Source: an uncultured Actinomycetota bacterium (GTDB taxonomy: Bacteria; Actinomycetota; Actinomycetes; Mycobacteriales; Geodermatophilaceae). From it: DNA of 64,000 bases. Positions 41,362 to 52,024 of the stretch are shown in pieces (within the stretch, counting starts at the first letter, position 1; every line of letters begins with the position of its first letter). Below the pieces are notes generated by a model, which searched no databases, had not been told where the DNA came from, and was given only the letters and a program-made list of their open reading frames with translations. A program made the translations under genes and the position numbers. The stretch is from NCBI GenBank assembly GCA_963759905.1, contig CAVXBD010000002.1:7673-71672 (forward strand), written 5' to 3'.

Positions 41362-41524
41362 CCCGGCGGGCGTCGCCCTGTCGACACCGGCCGAGCCGGT
41401 GACCTGCTGGTTCGGCGGCGGTTCGGTGACGACGGGGCGCACCGGCTCAAGGGAGTGGCGAGCGGGGCCGAAGTGAGCGGTGGTTCGAGGCCACTCGCAC
41501 CGCTGCTCGTCCCCAGGAGTTCCC

Positions 41525-43123
41525 GTGTCCGACGCTGCCCCCGTCTACCCGCGCCGCCGCGGCTTCGCCTACAAGTCGCTGCGCTACAAGACCGTCGTGC
41601 TGCTGCTCGTGGTGCTGCTGGCCCTCAGCGGCCTGCTCGCCGCGGTCGTGCTGGGTAATGCCCGGGTGCAGGCCGCCACCGACCGGCTCGGCCAGCTGTC
41701 CGACGCGCGAGCCTGGGTGCTCGAGCTGGCCGGACACGCCGTGGAGCTGGAGGGGGACGGGTACGAGGTGCTGGTCCGGGACGATCCGGCCGCGCAGCAG
41801 GACGATCTGGCCGACGACCGGGCGCAGGTCATGGCGCTGCTCGAGCGCTTCCAGGGCATCCCGTTGAGCCGGGACAGCGCGCTCGCGGTGGTCGCCGTCC
41901 GGACGGCGTTCGAGACCTACCTGGCCGACATCTCCGCGTTCGTGGACGACGCCGCGGCCGACCAGGCAGGTACCCGAACCCGGTGGACGGAGCTGGCCAG
42001 CAGCCACGAGTCGCTCGATGCGGCGCTGGACACCGCCGAAGGTGCGCTGGCCGTCGACGTGGCCGACGCGCGGGCTGCGCTGGACACCGCCACCACGATG
42101 ACCGGGTGGACCGCGGTCGGCATCGCCGTGCTGGGCCTGATGGTGATCGGCTGGGTGGGCCGGCAGACCTACGTGTCGATCACCCGGCCGGTGGGCCGGG
42201 TGAAGCGGGCCCTGGAGGCGCTGGCCGCCGGTGACCTGACCGTCGAACCCGGGGTCCGGTCCTCCGACGAGATCGGTCAGATGGCGACCGCGCTGGAGCA
42301 GGCCCAGCACTCGCTGCGCCAGCTGATCGGGTCGGTGGCCGCCGCCGCCGACGCCGTGGCCGCGTCCGGCGGGCAGCTGTCGGCCTCCAGTGCGCAGATC
42401 GCCGCCTCGGCGGGGGAGACCTCGGTGCAGTCCGCCGTGGTCACCGGCGCGGCCGAGGAGGTGTCCCGCAACGTGGCGACCGTGGCGGCCGGTGCGGACC
42501 AGATGTCGGCCTCGATCCGGGAGATCGCGCAGAACGCCAACGACGCGGTCCGGGTGGCCGGCACCGCGGTCACCGAGGCCCAGGAGACCAACGCCACCGT
42601 GGTGCGGCTCGGGGAGTCCTCGAAGGAGATCGGCGACGTGGTCAAGGTGATCACCTCGATCGCCGAGCAGACCAACCTGCTGGCGCTGAACGCCACCATC
42701 GAGGCCGCACGCGCCGGCGAGGCCGGCAAGGGCTTCGCGGTGGTGGCCAACGAGGTGAAGGAGCTGGCCCAGGAGACCGCCCGGGCCACTGAGGACATCG
42801 CCCGCAGGGTGGAGGCCATCCAGGGCGACACCTCGGCCGCGGTCGCTGCGATCGGCCGGATCTCGGTGACGATCGGCTCGATCAACGACTTCCAGCTGAC
42901 CATCGCCAGTGCGGTGGAGGAGCAGACCGCCACCACGAACGAGATGTCCCGTTCGGTGCAGGAGGCGGCCAGCGGGTCCACCGAGATCGCCGCGAACATC
43001 ACCGGCGTCAACGTGGCCGCCGGGGCGACCAACCAGGCGCTCGGGCAGACCCAGGTCGCGGTCGACGAGCTGGCCCGGATGGCCGGCGACCTGCGCGCCA
43101 CGGTGGGCCGATTCACCTGGTGA
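41525..43123 (+). CDS. Methyl-accepting chemotaxis protein
   Basis: Two TM segments, HAMP (DEIGQMA), [37 protein letters not shown]. Confidence 0.96.
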   Translation: MSDAAPVYPRRRGFAYKSLRYKTVVLLLVVLLALSGLLAAVVLGNARVQAATDRLGQLSDARAWVLELAGHAVELEGDGYEVLVRDDPAAQQDDLADDRAQVMALLERFQGIPLSRDSALAVVAVRTAFETYLADISAFVDDAAADQAGTRTRWTELASSHESLDAALDTAEGALAVDVADARAALDTATTMTGWTAVGIAVLGLMVIGWVGRQTYVSITRPVGRVKRALEALAAGDLTVEPGVRSSDEIGQMATALEQAQHSLRQLIGSVAAAADAVAASGGQLSASSAQIAASAGETSVQSAVVTGAAEEVSRNVATVAAGADQMSASIREIAQNANDAVRVAGTAVTEAQETNATVVRLGESSKEIGDVVKVITSIAEQTNLLALNATIEAARAGEAGKGFAVVANEVKELAQETARATEDIARRVEAIQGDTSAAVAAIGRISVTIGSINDFQLTIASAVEEQTATTNEMSRSVQEAASGSTEIAANITGVNVAAGATNQALGQTQVAVDELARMAGDLRATVGRFTW

Positions 43124-43244
43124 GACCCCCGACGGGGTGAGAAGTGCAGGTTGGGGCGCCCCCGAGGTCAAGATCGGGGCCGCGCCGGCCGAGGACAGGC
43201 CTGACCCCTGTCCCCGGGTGGTCGAGACAGGTGGAGAGCACAAC

Positions 43245-46200
43245 GTGACGCGAGCACAGGCACGGACAGCGGTGGACGACGAGCGGCCGGGCCGCCCGCG
43301 CTGGTGGCTGCTCCGGTGGGCGGCGCTGCTGCTGGTCTTCGGCCTGGTGGCGGTCCCGATCGGCTCGTCCCCACTGCCCTCCCCCGGTCTGATCCCTACC
43401 AGCACCAACAACCCCAGCGCGCCGGGCAGCATGACCGTCACGGCCCGCGACCGCGGGCTCGACGTCAGCTGGACGGCATCGAACGAGGCGACGGCGATCG
43501 GGTACAACGTCTACCTCGACGGGGTGCTGAAGGCGCAGACCACTGACCCCGCCCCACGGACGGCGTCGCTCGACGGGTTGGTGAACGGGCAGACGTACGT
43601 GGTGGCCATCCGCACCGTGGGCAGCCGCGTGCTGCTCGGCAACATCGAAGGGACTGGGGACAAGCACGCGGACGGGATCCCGCTGGACTCGGTGGCCCCC
43701 GCTGCGCCCACCACCCTCGCGGCGACGGACGTGGGCCACCGATACGTCACCTTGTCCTGGGCCCCCAGCCCCGAGTACGACGTGAACCTGTACCGGCTCC
43801 TGCGGGACGGCACCAAGATCGTCGAGCAGACCGGCACCAGCTATAGCGACACCGGGCGCACCAACGACCGGCAGTACACCTACACGCTGCAGGCCCGGGA
43901 CACCTCGGGCAACTGGTCGGCGGTGTCCAGCCCGGGTGTCCTGGCAACCCCGCACGAGACCGTCCCCCCGGCCTCGCCCACCGGGCTGGTCGCCGTCCGC
44001 GGCGACGGTCAGGTGTCCCTGAGCTGGGCGGCCAATGTCGAGAGCGACTTCGCCGACTACGTGGTGCGGCGCGACGGGGCCGACATCGCCATCGTCACCA
44101 CTCGCAGCTACACCGACACCGGTGTCACCAACGACGTCACCTACTCCTACACGCTCGTCGCGCGGGACAACTACGCCAACCGCTCGGCGCCGTCGTCACC
44201 GGCGGTGACCGCGACCCCCACCGACCTGACCCCGCCGATCGCGCCCACCGGGCTGGTGGCCACCCGTGGGGACAAGCAGGCCACGTTGACCTGGACGGCC
44301 AACCCGGAGACCGACATCGCCCACTACCGGGTGCTGCGCGCGGGTGTGCAGGTGGCCACGGTCACCGGCACCAGCTACACCAACACAGGGTTGATCAACG
44401 ACACGGCGTACTCCTACACGCTGGTGGCGGTGGACACCCATGGCAACGCCTCGCCGGTGTCGGCCCCGCCGGTGTCGGTGACCCCCACCGACCTGACCCC
44501 GCCGGTAGCGCCGACGGGGCTGGCGGCGACCCGGGGCGACGGGCGGGTGACGCTGTCCTGGGCGGCGAACACCGAGACCGACCTGGCCGACTACGTGATC
44601 CAGCGCAACGGGGTGGACCTGGCCGCGCTCACCGGCCGGACGTACGTGGACACCGCGGTCACCAACGACACCACGTACTCCTACGCGATCATCGCTCGGG
44701 ACACCCACGGCAACCGCTCGGCCCCCTCGTCCCCGGCGGTCACCGCCACCCCCACCGACCTGACGGCACCGGCCGCGCCCACCGGGCTGGCGGGTACTCG
44801 CGGGGACGGGCGGGTGACGCTGACCTGGACCGCCAACACCGAGCCCGACCTGGCGAACTACCGGGTGCTGCGCAACGGCACGGTGGTGGCCACGGTGACC
44901 GGCACGTCCTCCATCGACACCGGGTTGACCAACGACACGGCGTACTCCTACACGCTGGTGGCGGTGGACACCCATGGCAACGCCTCGCCGGTGTCGGCCC
45001 CGCCGGTGTCGGTGACCCCCACCGACCTGACCCCGCCGGCAGCGCCGACGGGGTTGGCGGCGACCCGGGGCGACGGGCAGGTGACGCTGTCCTGGGCGGC
45101 GAACACCGAGACCGACCTGGCCGACTACGTGATCCAGCGCAACGGGGTGGACCTGGCCGCGCTCACCGGCCGGACGTACGTCCGACACCGCGGTCACCAA
45201 CGACACCACGTACTCCTACGCGATCATCGCTCGGGACACCCACGGCAACCGCTCGGCCCCCTCGTCCCCGGCGGTCACCGCCACCCCCACCGACCTGACC
45301 GCACCGGCGGCACCCACCGGCCTGGTGGCCACCCGGGGGGACGGGCGGGTCATGCTCACCTGGACGGCGAACACCGAGCCCGACCTGGCCCGCTACCGGG
45401 TGCTGCGCGACGGCGCGCTGGTGGCCACGGTCACCGGCTCCACCTCCTACACCGACGCCGGGCTGACGAACGACACCACGTACTCCTACTCGCTCGTCGC
45501 GGTGGACACGCACGGCAACGCGTCGCCGGCGTCGGCCCCCCCGGTGTCGGCGACCCCCACCGACCTCACCCCGCCGGCGGTGCCCACCGGCGTCCGCGAG
45601 GTCCGGGGGGACCAGTCGGTGGCCCTGTCCTGGAATGCCAACACCGAGCCCGACCTGGCGTCCTACCGGGTGCTGCGGGACGGGGTGGAGATCGCCACGG
45701 TGATCGGGGCGACCGACTTCACCGATTCCGGCCTGACCAACTACACGACCTACGTCTACACGCTGGTCGCGGTGGACACCCACGGCAACCGGTCCGCACC
45801 GTCGGCGCCGTCGTCGTCGACCCCCACCGACCTGACCCCGCCGGCCGTGCCCACCGGGCTGGTCGCCACCCGCGGTGACGGCCGGGTCACGCTGTCCTGG
45901 ACGGCGAACACCGAGTCCGACCTGGCCTCCTACCGGGTGCTGCGGGACGGTGTCGAGGTGGCCACCGTGACCGGTTCGACCGGTTACCTGGACGCCGGCC
46001 TGGTCAACGACCGCACCTACGCGTACGCGCTGGTGTCGGTGGACGTCGAGGGCAACCGCTCCGCCGCGTCATCCCCCGCGGTCCCGGCGACCCCGACCGA
46101 CCTGACCCCGCCGGCCATGCCGACCGGGTTCACCGGCACCTCCGGCGACGGCCAGGTGACGCTGACCTGGACCGCGAACACCGACGGGGACCTGGCCGGT

Positions 46201-49200
46201 TACGTGCTGCGCCGCGACGGGGTGGACGTGGCCAGCCTGTCGGGCACCTCCTACACCGACACCGGCCTGGTGAACGACCGGGTCTACCGCTACACCCTGG
46301 TCGCCTTCGACGGACACGCCAACCGGTCCGCCGAGTCACCGGCGGTGACCCTCACCCCGACCGACCTCAGCGCACCGGCCGTGCCCACCGGTCTGGCGGC
46401 CACCTCCGGTGACGGGCAGGTGGTGCTGACCTGGACCGCGAACACCGAGTCCGACCTGGCCGGGTACGTGCTGCGCCGGGACGGGGTGGACGTGGCGGCG
46501 GTGACCGGCACGTCCTACACCGACACCGGGCTGGTCAACGGCACCACCTACAGCTACACGCTGGTCGCGGTGGACACCCACGGCAACCGGTCGGCGGCCT
46601 CGTCCCCCTCGGTGTCCGCGACCCCCACCGACCAGACCGCCCCGGAAGCCCCGACCGGCCTGGTCGCCACTCCCGGGGACGGGCAGGTGTCGCTGTCCTG
46701 GACCGCGAACACCGAGCCCGACCTGGCCTCCTACCGGGTACTGCGGGACGGGGTGGAGATCGCCACGGTCAGCGGCACGTCCTACACCGACGCCGGGCTG
46801 GTCAACGACACCACCTACAGCTACACGCTGGTGGCGGTGGACAGCGGGGGGAACCGGTCCGTCCCGTCCCCGACGGTCACCGGCACCCCGACCGACCTCA
46901 CCCCGCCGGCTGCCCCGACGGGCCTGGTCGCCACCCGCGGGGACGGGGGCGCGACGCTGTCCTGGACGGCGAACACCGAGCCGGACCTGGCCTCCTACCG
47001 GGTGCTGCGTGACGGCGTGGAGATCGCCACCGTCACGGGTGCGTCCTTCACCGACACCGGGTTGACCCAGGACACCGCCTACCGGTACACGCTCGTCGCC
47101 GTCGACACCCACGGCAACCGGTCGCTGCCCTCGACCGGGGTGGACGTCACCCCGACCGACCTGACGCCACCCGCGGCACCCACCGGTCTGGTCGCCACCC
47201 GCGGGGACGGGCAGGTGCTGCTGTCCTGGACGGCGAACACCGACCCGGACCTGGCCGACTACGTCCTCCAGCGGGACGGGGTGGACATCGCCAGCCTGTC
47301 CGGCACGTCCTATCCCGACACCGGGCTGGTCAACGACCAGCCGTACAGCTACACGCTGGTCGCCTTCGACGCCCACGGGAACCGGTCAGCGCCCTCCCCG
47401 GTGGTCACCGCCACCCCCACCGACCTGACCCCGCCTGCCGCCCCGACCGGGCTGGTGGTCACCGGCTCGGAGAACCACGTGTCGCTGTCCTGGACCGCGA
47501 ACACCGAGTCCGACCTGGCCTCCTACCGGGTGCTGCGGGACGGGGTGGAGATCGCCACGGTCACCGGCACGACCTACGACGACACCTCGGTGACCCAGGA
47601 CATCACCTACCGCTACACGCTGGTCGCGGTGGACACCCACGGCAACCGGTCGCTGACCTCGGCCGGGGTGGATGCCACCCCGACCGACCTGACCGCCCCT
47701 GCTGCGCCGGCCGACGTCGTCGCCACCGCGGGTGAGCGCCAGGTCGGCCTGTCGTGGACCGCCTCCCCGGAGAGCGACGTCGCCGGCTACCGGGTGCTCC
47801 GCGACGGCGTGCAGATCGCCACCAGCACCGGTCCCAGCACGGTGCTGACCGGCCTGGCTCCCGGCGTGGCGGTCGACCTGACGGTGGTCGCCGTCGACGT
47901 GCACGGCAACGTCTCCGACCCCTCGGCGACGGTCACCGCCACCCCCTACGACCACACCGCACCCGCCGTGCCGACCGGGGTCACCGGGCAGCCCGGCAAC
48001 ACCACCGCCACCATCTCCTGGCAGCCGGTCTCCGACGTCGACGTGGTCGGCTACCGAGTGCTGCGGGACGGCGTGCAGGTGGCGACCGAGTCGGGCACCA
48101 GCACGACCGTCACCGGGCTGACCAACGGCACCTCCTACGGCTTCACCGTCGTCGCGGTCGACCCCTACGGCAACGCGTCGGCAGCGTCGGTCTCGGTGAC
48201 CGTGGTGCCGGTCGCCCCCGCGGCCGGCACGGTCCCGGCGACCGGGTCCGGCGAGACCGGCGGGCTGGCGGCCAGCCGCGACGGGCGGTTCGTGGTCATC
48301 GGTACCCGGGCCCCGCTGGATCCCTCGGACACCAACACCGCCTACGAGCTGTACGTGCTGGACCGCACGGCGGGGGCCGCCACGCGGATCGCGCCGCTGC
48401 CCGCGAACGCCACGGGCGCCGGCGACTGCGACCAACACCGCTGCGCCCGCCATCAGCAACGACGGCCGGTACGTGGTGCTGGCCACCACGGCTCGGCTGC
48501 TGCCGGCCGACACCAACAACCTGCTCGACGTCTACCGCTACGACGTCACCGCGAAGACCTGGGCGCTGGTCAGCGTCCCGGCCGGGGGCACGGTGAACCC
48601 GTCGGTGGCCGGCACCGTGCTGCAGAGCGGGTCCTTCATCTACGCCACGAGCCCGTCGGTGGCGGTCAGCGGGGACGGCGACCTGGTGCTCTTCTACTCC
48701 GCCCGCAGCGACCTGGGGCCGGCGGACACCAACGGCGTCGTCGACGTCTACGCCAAGCGCATGTCCACCGGTGCGGTCACCCGGGTGTCGACCACGGCCA
48801 CCGGCGCGAACCTGCCCCGCAACGCCACCGGACCGGCGCTGGCGCTGACCCCGGACGGCCGGTTCGCGCTCTTCCCGGCCACCGCCAGCAGCGGCCCGAT
48901 GGTGCTGTACCGCAAGACGCTGTCCGGCGCCGGGGCCGGTGACGCCGTGGTGGTGTCCACCGTGGTGGCGGGCAGCCAGACCACCGAGGTCGCGGTCTAC
49001 CGGGACGCCGGGGACGTGGCGATCTCCGACGACGGCCGGTACGTGGCCCTGGTGACCGCGGCCAAGCCCGCCGCGCCCACCACCAGCTGGTCGACCGGGC
49101 TGGCCTACCGCAAGGACACCGTCACCGGGGCACTGCGTGGCGCTGGGCAGCGGCGCAGACCAGCACCTGGGAGCACCAGGTCGGCTGGACCCCACCGGCC

Positions 49201-49505
49201 GGTACGGGTTCTTCTCCACCACGTCGCCGATCACCGCGGCGGACACCAACGGGCACACCGACGTCGCCCGGCGCGACCTGGACGGCGGCACGCTGACCCT
49301 GGTCACCGCCGACGCCGAGGGCCGGCCCACCGCCGGACCGACCGGTGGCGTGACGTCGGGCGAGTACGGCCGGGTGCTGCCGATCAGCGGCACCGTGGTG
49401 GTGCTCACCACGTCCCAGGGGCTGCTGCCCGCCGACACCAACCGACTGCGCGACCTCTACGTCAAGGACCTGACCACCGGGACGGTGACCTCCCCCATCA
49501 GCTGA
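43245..49505 (+). CDS. Giant secreted/surface protein: N-terminal signal/TM, 18 tandem fibronectin type III repeats, C-terminal TolB/PD40-like beta-propeller; broken by indels near 45183, 48427 and 49136-49193
   Basis: ~89-aa repeats APTGL.AT.GDG.V.LSW.AN.E.DLA.Y.V.RDG...YTLVAVD.HGNRS...TPTD continue across four ORFs; propeller motifs SRDGRFV, SNDGRYV, DTN...DVY. Confidence 0.85.
44397..45299 (+). repeat. Recent internal duplication, ~365 bp near-identical at 534-bp period (two FN3 units)
   Basis: 44397-44764 vs 44931-45299 differ at only a handful of positions. Confidence 0.88.
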
Positions 49506-49513
49506 CCCCCACG

Positions 49514-49581
49514 GGACTTTTTCGGGCTCAAGCCCGGGGCTTGAGCCCGAAAAAGTCCGGGGCTTGAGCCCGAAAAAGTCC
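49514..49581. repeat. REP-like palindrome with duplicated right arm; probable terminator between convergent genes
   Basis: GGACTTTTTCGGGCTCAAGCCC-G-GGGCTTGAGCCCGAAAAAGTCC followed by a second GGGCTTGAGCCCGAAAAAGTCC. Confidence 0.85.
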
Positions 49582-49584
49582 CCG

Positions 49585-51438
49585 TCAGTGGAGCCAGGCG
49601 GCCTGGTAGGGCTGGAGCTGGATTGCGCCGTCCCGGATGTCGGGGCGGGTACCGGTCAGGTGGTCGACCACCGTGGCGGGGTCCAGGCCCAGCTCCGCCA
49701 GCACGTCCAGCGGCACGTGCCGGGGCTCCGGTGCCACGTTGTAGGCCCCCAGCACGGTGCCCAGCGGGTGCCGTCGGGCGACCAGCAGCACCGCCGGGTC
49801 CCGGGGGTCCAGTACCTGCGCGGCCACCGCGGCGTGCAGCTGGGGCAGCGAGGCCCGGGCGGCGGTCAGGTGCGCGATGCCCGCGGCGATCGCCGGGGAG
49901 ACCGGTTCCGGCGGCCAGGGCAGCCGCGGCCGGTGCGCCCACCGGTTGTCCTCGGCGTGCCCGGGCTCCTCGGCCCAGTGCGGGTCGTTGAGCAGGCCGA
50001 GCTCGTCCCCGGACCACAGCACGGGCAGCCCGCCGAAGCCGAACACGATGGCGTGCGCCAACAGCACCCGGTCGACGGCGTTCGGATCCCAGGCGCCCAG
50101 CCCGGCCAGCGACGCCGCCGAGCCGGAGATCCGCCGGTCCCCGGTGGCCGCGTTCTCCTGGAACACCAGCCCGCGGGCCCAGGAGCCGGGGAACTGCCCG
50201 GAGTACCAGTCGGAGAGGAACCGGCGGTGCTCGAACCCGGAGAGCCCGACGGCCGCTGCGTCCCCGTCGTCGATAGCCCAGCCGATGTCGTCGTGGCAGC
50301 GCAGGTAGGTGATCCAGGCGGTGCTGGCCGGTGGCACCGGCAGCTGCTGCAGTGCCCGGCTGGCCAGCCCCACCTCCCGGGAGGCCAGCATCGACCAGAT
50401 CTGCACCATCAACCCGTTGTGGTAGGCGAGATCGCTGACCTTGCCCCAGTGCTCGCCCAGGCCCAGGTAGGCGACCAGGTCCTGCGGGCCGACGATCGCC
50501 TCGGCCTTGAACACCAGCGCCGGGCAGGCGATCCGGGCCACCGTGCGCAGCGCCTGGGTCAGCGCGTGCACCTCGGGCTGGTTCTGGCAGTTGGTGCCCA
50601 GCCGCTTCCAGGTGAACGCGATGGCATCCAACCGGAGCACCTCGACGCCGTGGTTGGCCAGGTTCAGCACCACGTCGGCGTAGGCGCAGAACACGTCGGG
50701 GTTGGACCAGTCGACGTCCCACTGGTAGTCGTTGAACGTCGTCCAGACCCAGCCGGCCAGCTCGTCGTCCCAGCTGAAGTTGCCCGGCGCGAAGTCCGGG
50801 AACACCTCGGGCAGGGTGGCCTCGTAGGCGTCCGGCATCGTCCGGTCGGGGAACACGTGGAAGAAGGCCCGCTTGACCGGGTCCCCAGCGCGGGCCGCCC
50901 TGGCCCAGGCGTGCTCGCGAGCGACGTGGTTGAGCACCAGGTCCAGGCACAGGCTGATGCCCCGGCCGCGGAGCTCCCGGGTGAGCGCGCGCAGGTCGGC
51001 CATGGTGCCGAGGTCGGGGCGGATCGCGTCGTAGTCGGCCACGGCGTAACCGCCGTCGTTGGGTGGTGGCCCAGGGGTGAGCACCGGCATGAGGTGCAGG
51101 TAGCCGACGCCGAGCCCGGAGAGGTAGCCGGCCCGCTCGGCGACCGCAGCCAGGTCGCCGGCGAACCGGTCGGCGTAGGCGGCGTAGCCGATCAGGCCGG
51201 GCTGCTGGAACCAGTCCGGGGCCAGCGTGCGCCGCAGGTCCAGGGCGTGCAGCTCGTCCTCCCGCTCGGCGTAGGCGCGGGCGGCGGCCACCAGCAACCG
51301 GTCGGCCACCGCGGACGGGTCGGGGTGGAGCGGGGTCAACCCGGCTACGAGATCGGGCAGCCAACGCTGCACCCGGGCGAGGAACACCTCGCGGCGGTGC
51401 GCGGGCAGGTCGGTGAGCACGTCCTCCAGCTGCGGCAC
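49585..51438 (-). CDS. Amylosucrase-like GH13 glycosidase/transglycosidase
   Basis: [50 protein letters not shown]. Confidence 0.9.
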   Translation of the reverse strand: MPQLEDVLTDLPAHRREVFLARVQRWLPDLVAGLTPLHPDPSAVADRLLVAAARAYAEREDELHALDLRRTLAPDWFQQPGLIGYAAYADRFAGDLAAVAERAGYLSGLGVGYLHLMPVLTPGPPPNDGGYAVADYDAIRPDLGTMADLRALTRELRGRGISLCLDLVLNHVAREHAWARAARAGDPVKRAFFHVFPDRTMPDAYEATLPEVFPDFAPGNFSWDDELAGWVWTTFNDYQWDVDWSNPDVFCAYADVVLNLANHGVEVLRLDAIAFTWKRLGTNCQNQPEVHALTQALRTVARIACPALVFKAEAIVGPQDLVAYLGLGEHWGKVSDLAYHNGLMVQIWSMLASREVGLASRALQQLPVPPASTAWITYLRCHDDIGWAIDDGDAAAVGLSGFEHRRFLSDWYSGQFPGSWARGLVFQENAATGDRRISGSAASLAGLGAWDPNAVDRVLLAHAIVFGFGGLPVLWSGDELGLLNDPHWAEEPGHAEDNRWAHRPRLPWPPEPVSPAIAAGIAHLTAARASLPQLHAAVAAQVLDPRDPAVLLVARRHPLGTVLGAYNVAPEPRHVPLDVLAELGLDPATVVDHLTGTRPDIRDGAIQLQPYQAAWLH

Positions 51439-51460
51439 CGGGGCAGCATCCCAGCCCGGC

Positions 51461-51919
51461 TCACGAATCGTCGGACCACCTGCGCCGGGACAGCACGTCG
51501 ACCACCCGGACCAGTTCGGCACGCAGCGCCGGGAGATCCTGCACCGTGCCGGCGAAGAGCTGCTCGGCGGCGTCCCCGCTGCCGGCCTCTGCGGCCGCCG
51601 CCCGACCGGCCTCGGTCAGGCTGACCTCCACCCGCCGGCGGTCCCGGGTGGAACGCCTGCGGCCGACGTGCCCGTGCCGCTCCAGTCGGTCCAGCACCCG
51701 GCTCATGGTCTGGTCCTCCACCTGCATGGCCTGGGCGAGCTCGCGCTGGGAGCGCGGCCCGGCCGAGAGCATCCAGAGCACGGCATATCCCGAGTGGTTC
51801 AGCCCCCACCGCTCCAGGTGGGCGTCCCAGGCGTGCTCGACCAGCCGGGCCGCGGTCGACAGCAACCGTCCGGTGGCCCACGGGGCCGGATCGGGGACGC
51901 CCTCGGCAGTCACGGACAC
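51461..51919 (-). CDS. MarR family transcriptional regulator
   Basis: SQRELA...[11 protein letters not shown]...[10 protein letters not shown]. Confidence 0.92.
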   Translation of the reverse strand: MSVTAEGVPDPAPWATGRLLSTAARLVEHAWDAHLERWGLNHSGYAVLWMLSAGPRSQRELAQAMQVEDQTMSRVLDRLERHGHVGRRRSTRDRRRVEVSLTEAGRAAAAEAGSGDAAEQLFAGTVQDLPALRAELVRVVDVLSRRRWSDDS

Positions 51920-51933
51920 CCCCGTCCCGATGA

Positions 51934-51982
51934 ATGGTCAGCCTGCTGAGCATCCTGTAGTTTTCCTCAGCAGGCTGATCAT
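51934..51982. promoter_or_regulatory. Twin MarR operator between divergent marR and mmpL
   Basis: ATGGTCAGCCTGCTGAG-N15-CTCAGCAGGCTGATCAT; each arm contains TCAGC-NN-GCTGA. Confidence 0.75.
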
Positions 51983-52024
51983 CGCGCCCCGCCCTCCTCC
52001 CCCGCGCACCCAGGAGCCTCGACC

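Noticed and set aside
43700-48210. Regularly spaced DNA repeats resembling a CRISPR or DGR array
   Set aside because: The period is about 264-270 bp, in frame, and encodes FN3 domains. There is no unique spacer/repeat structure and no cas or reverse transcriptase gene.
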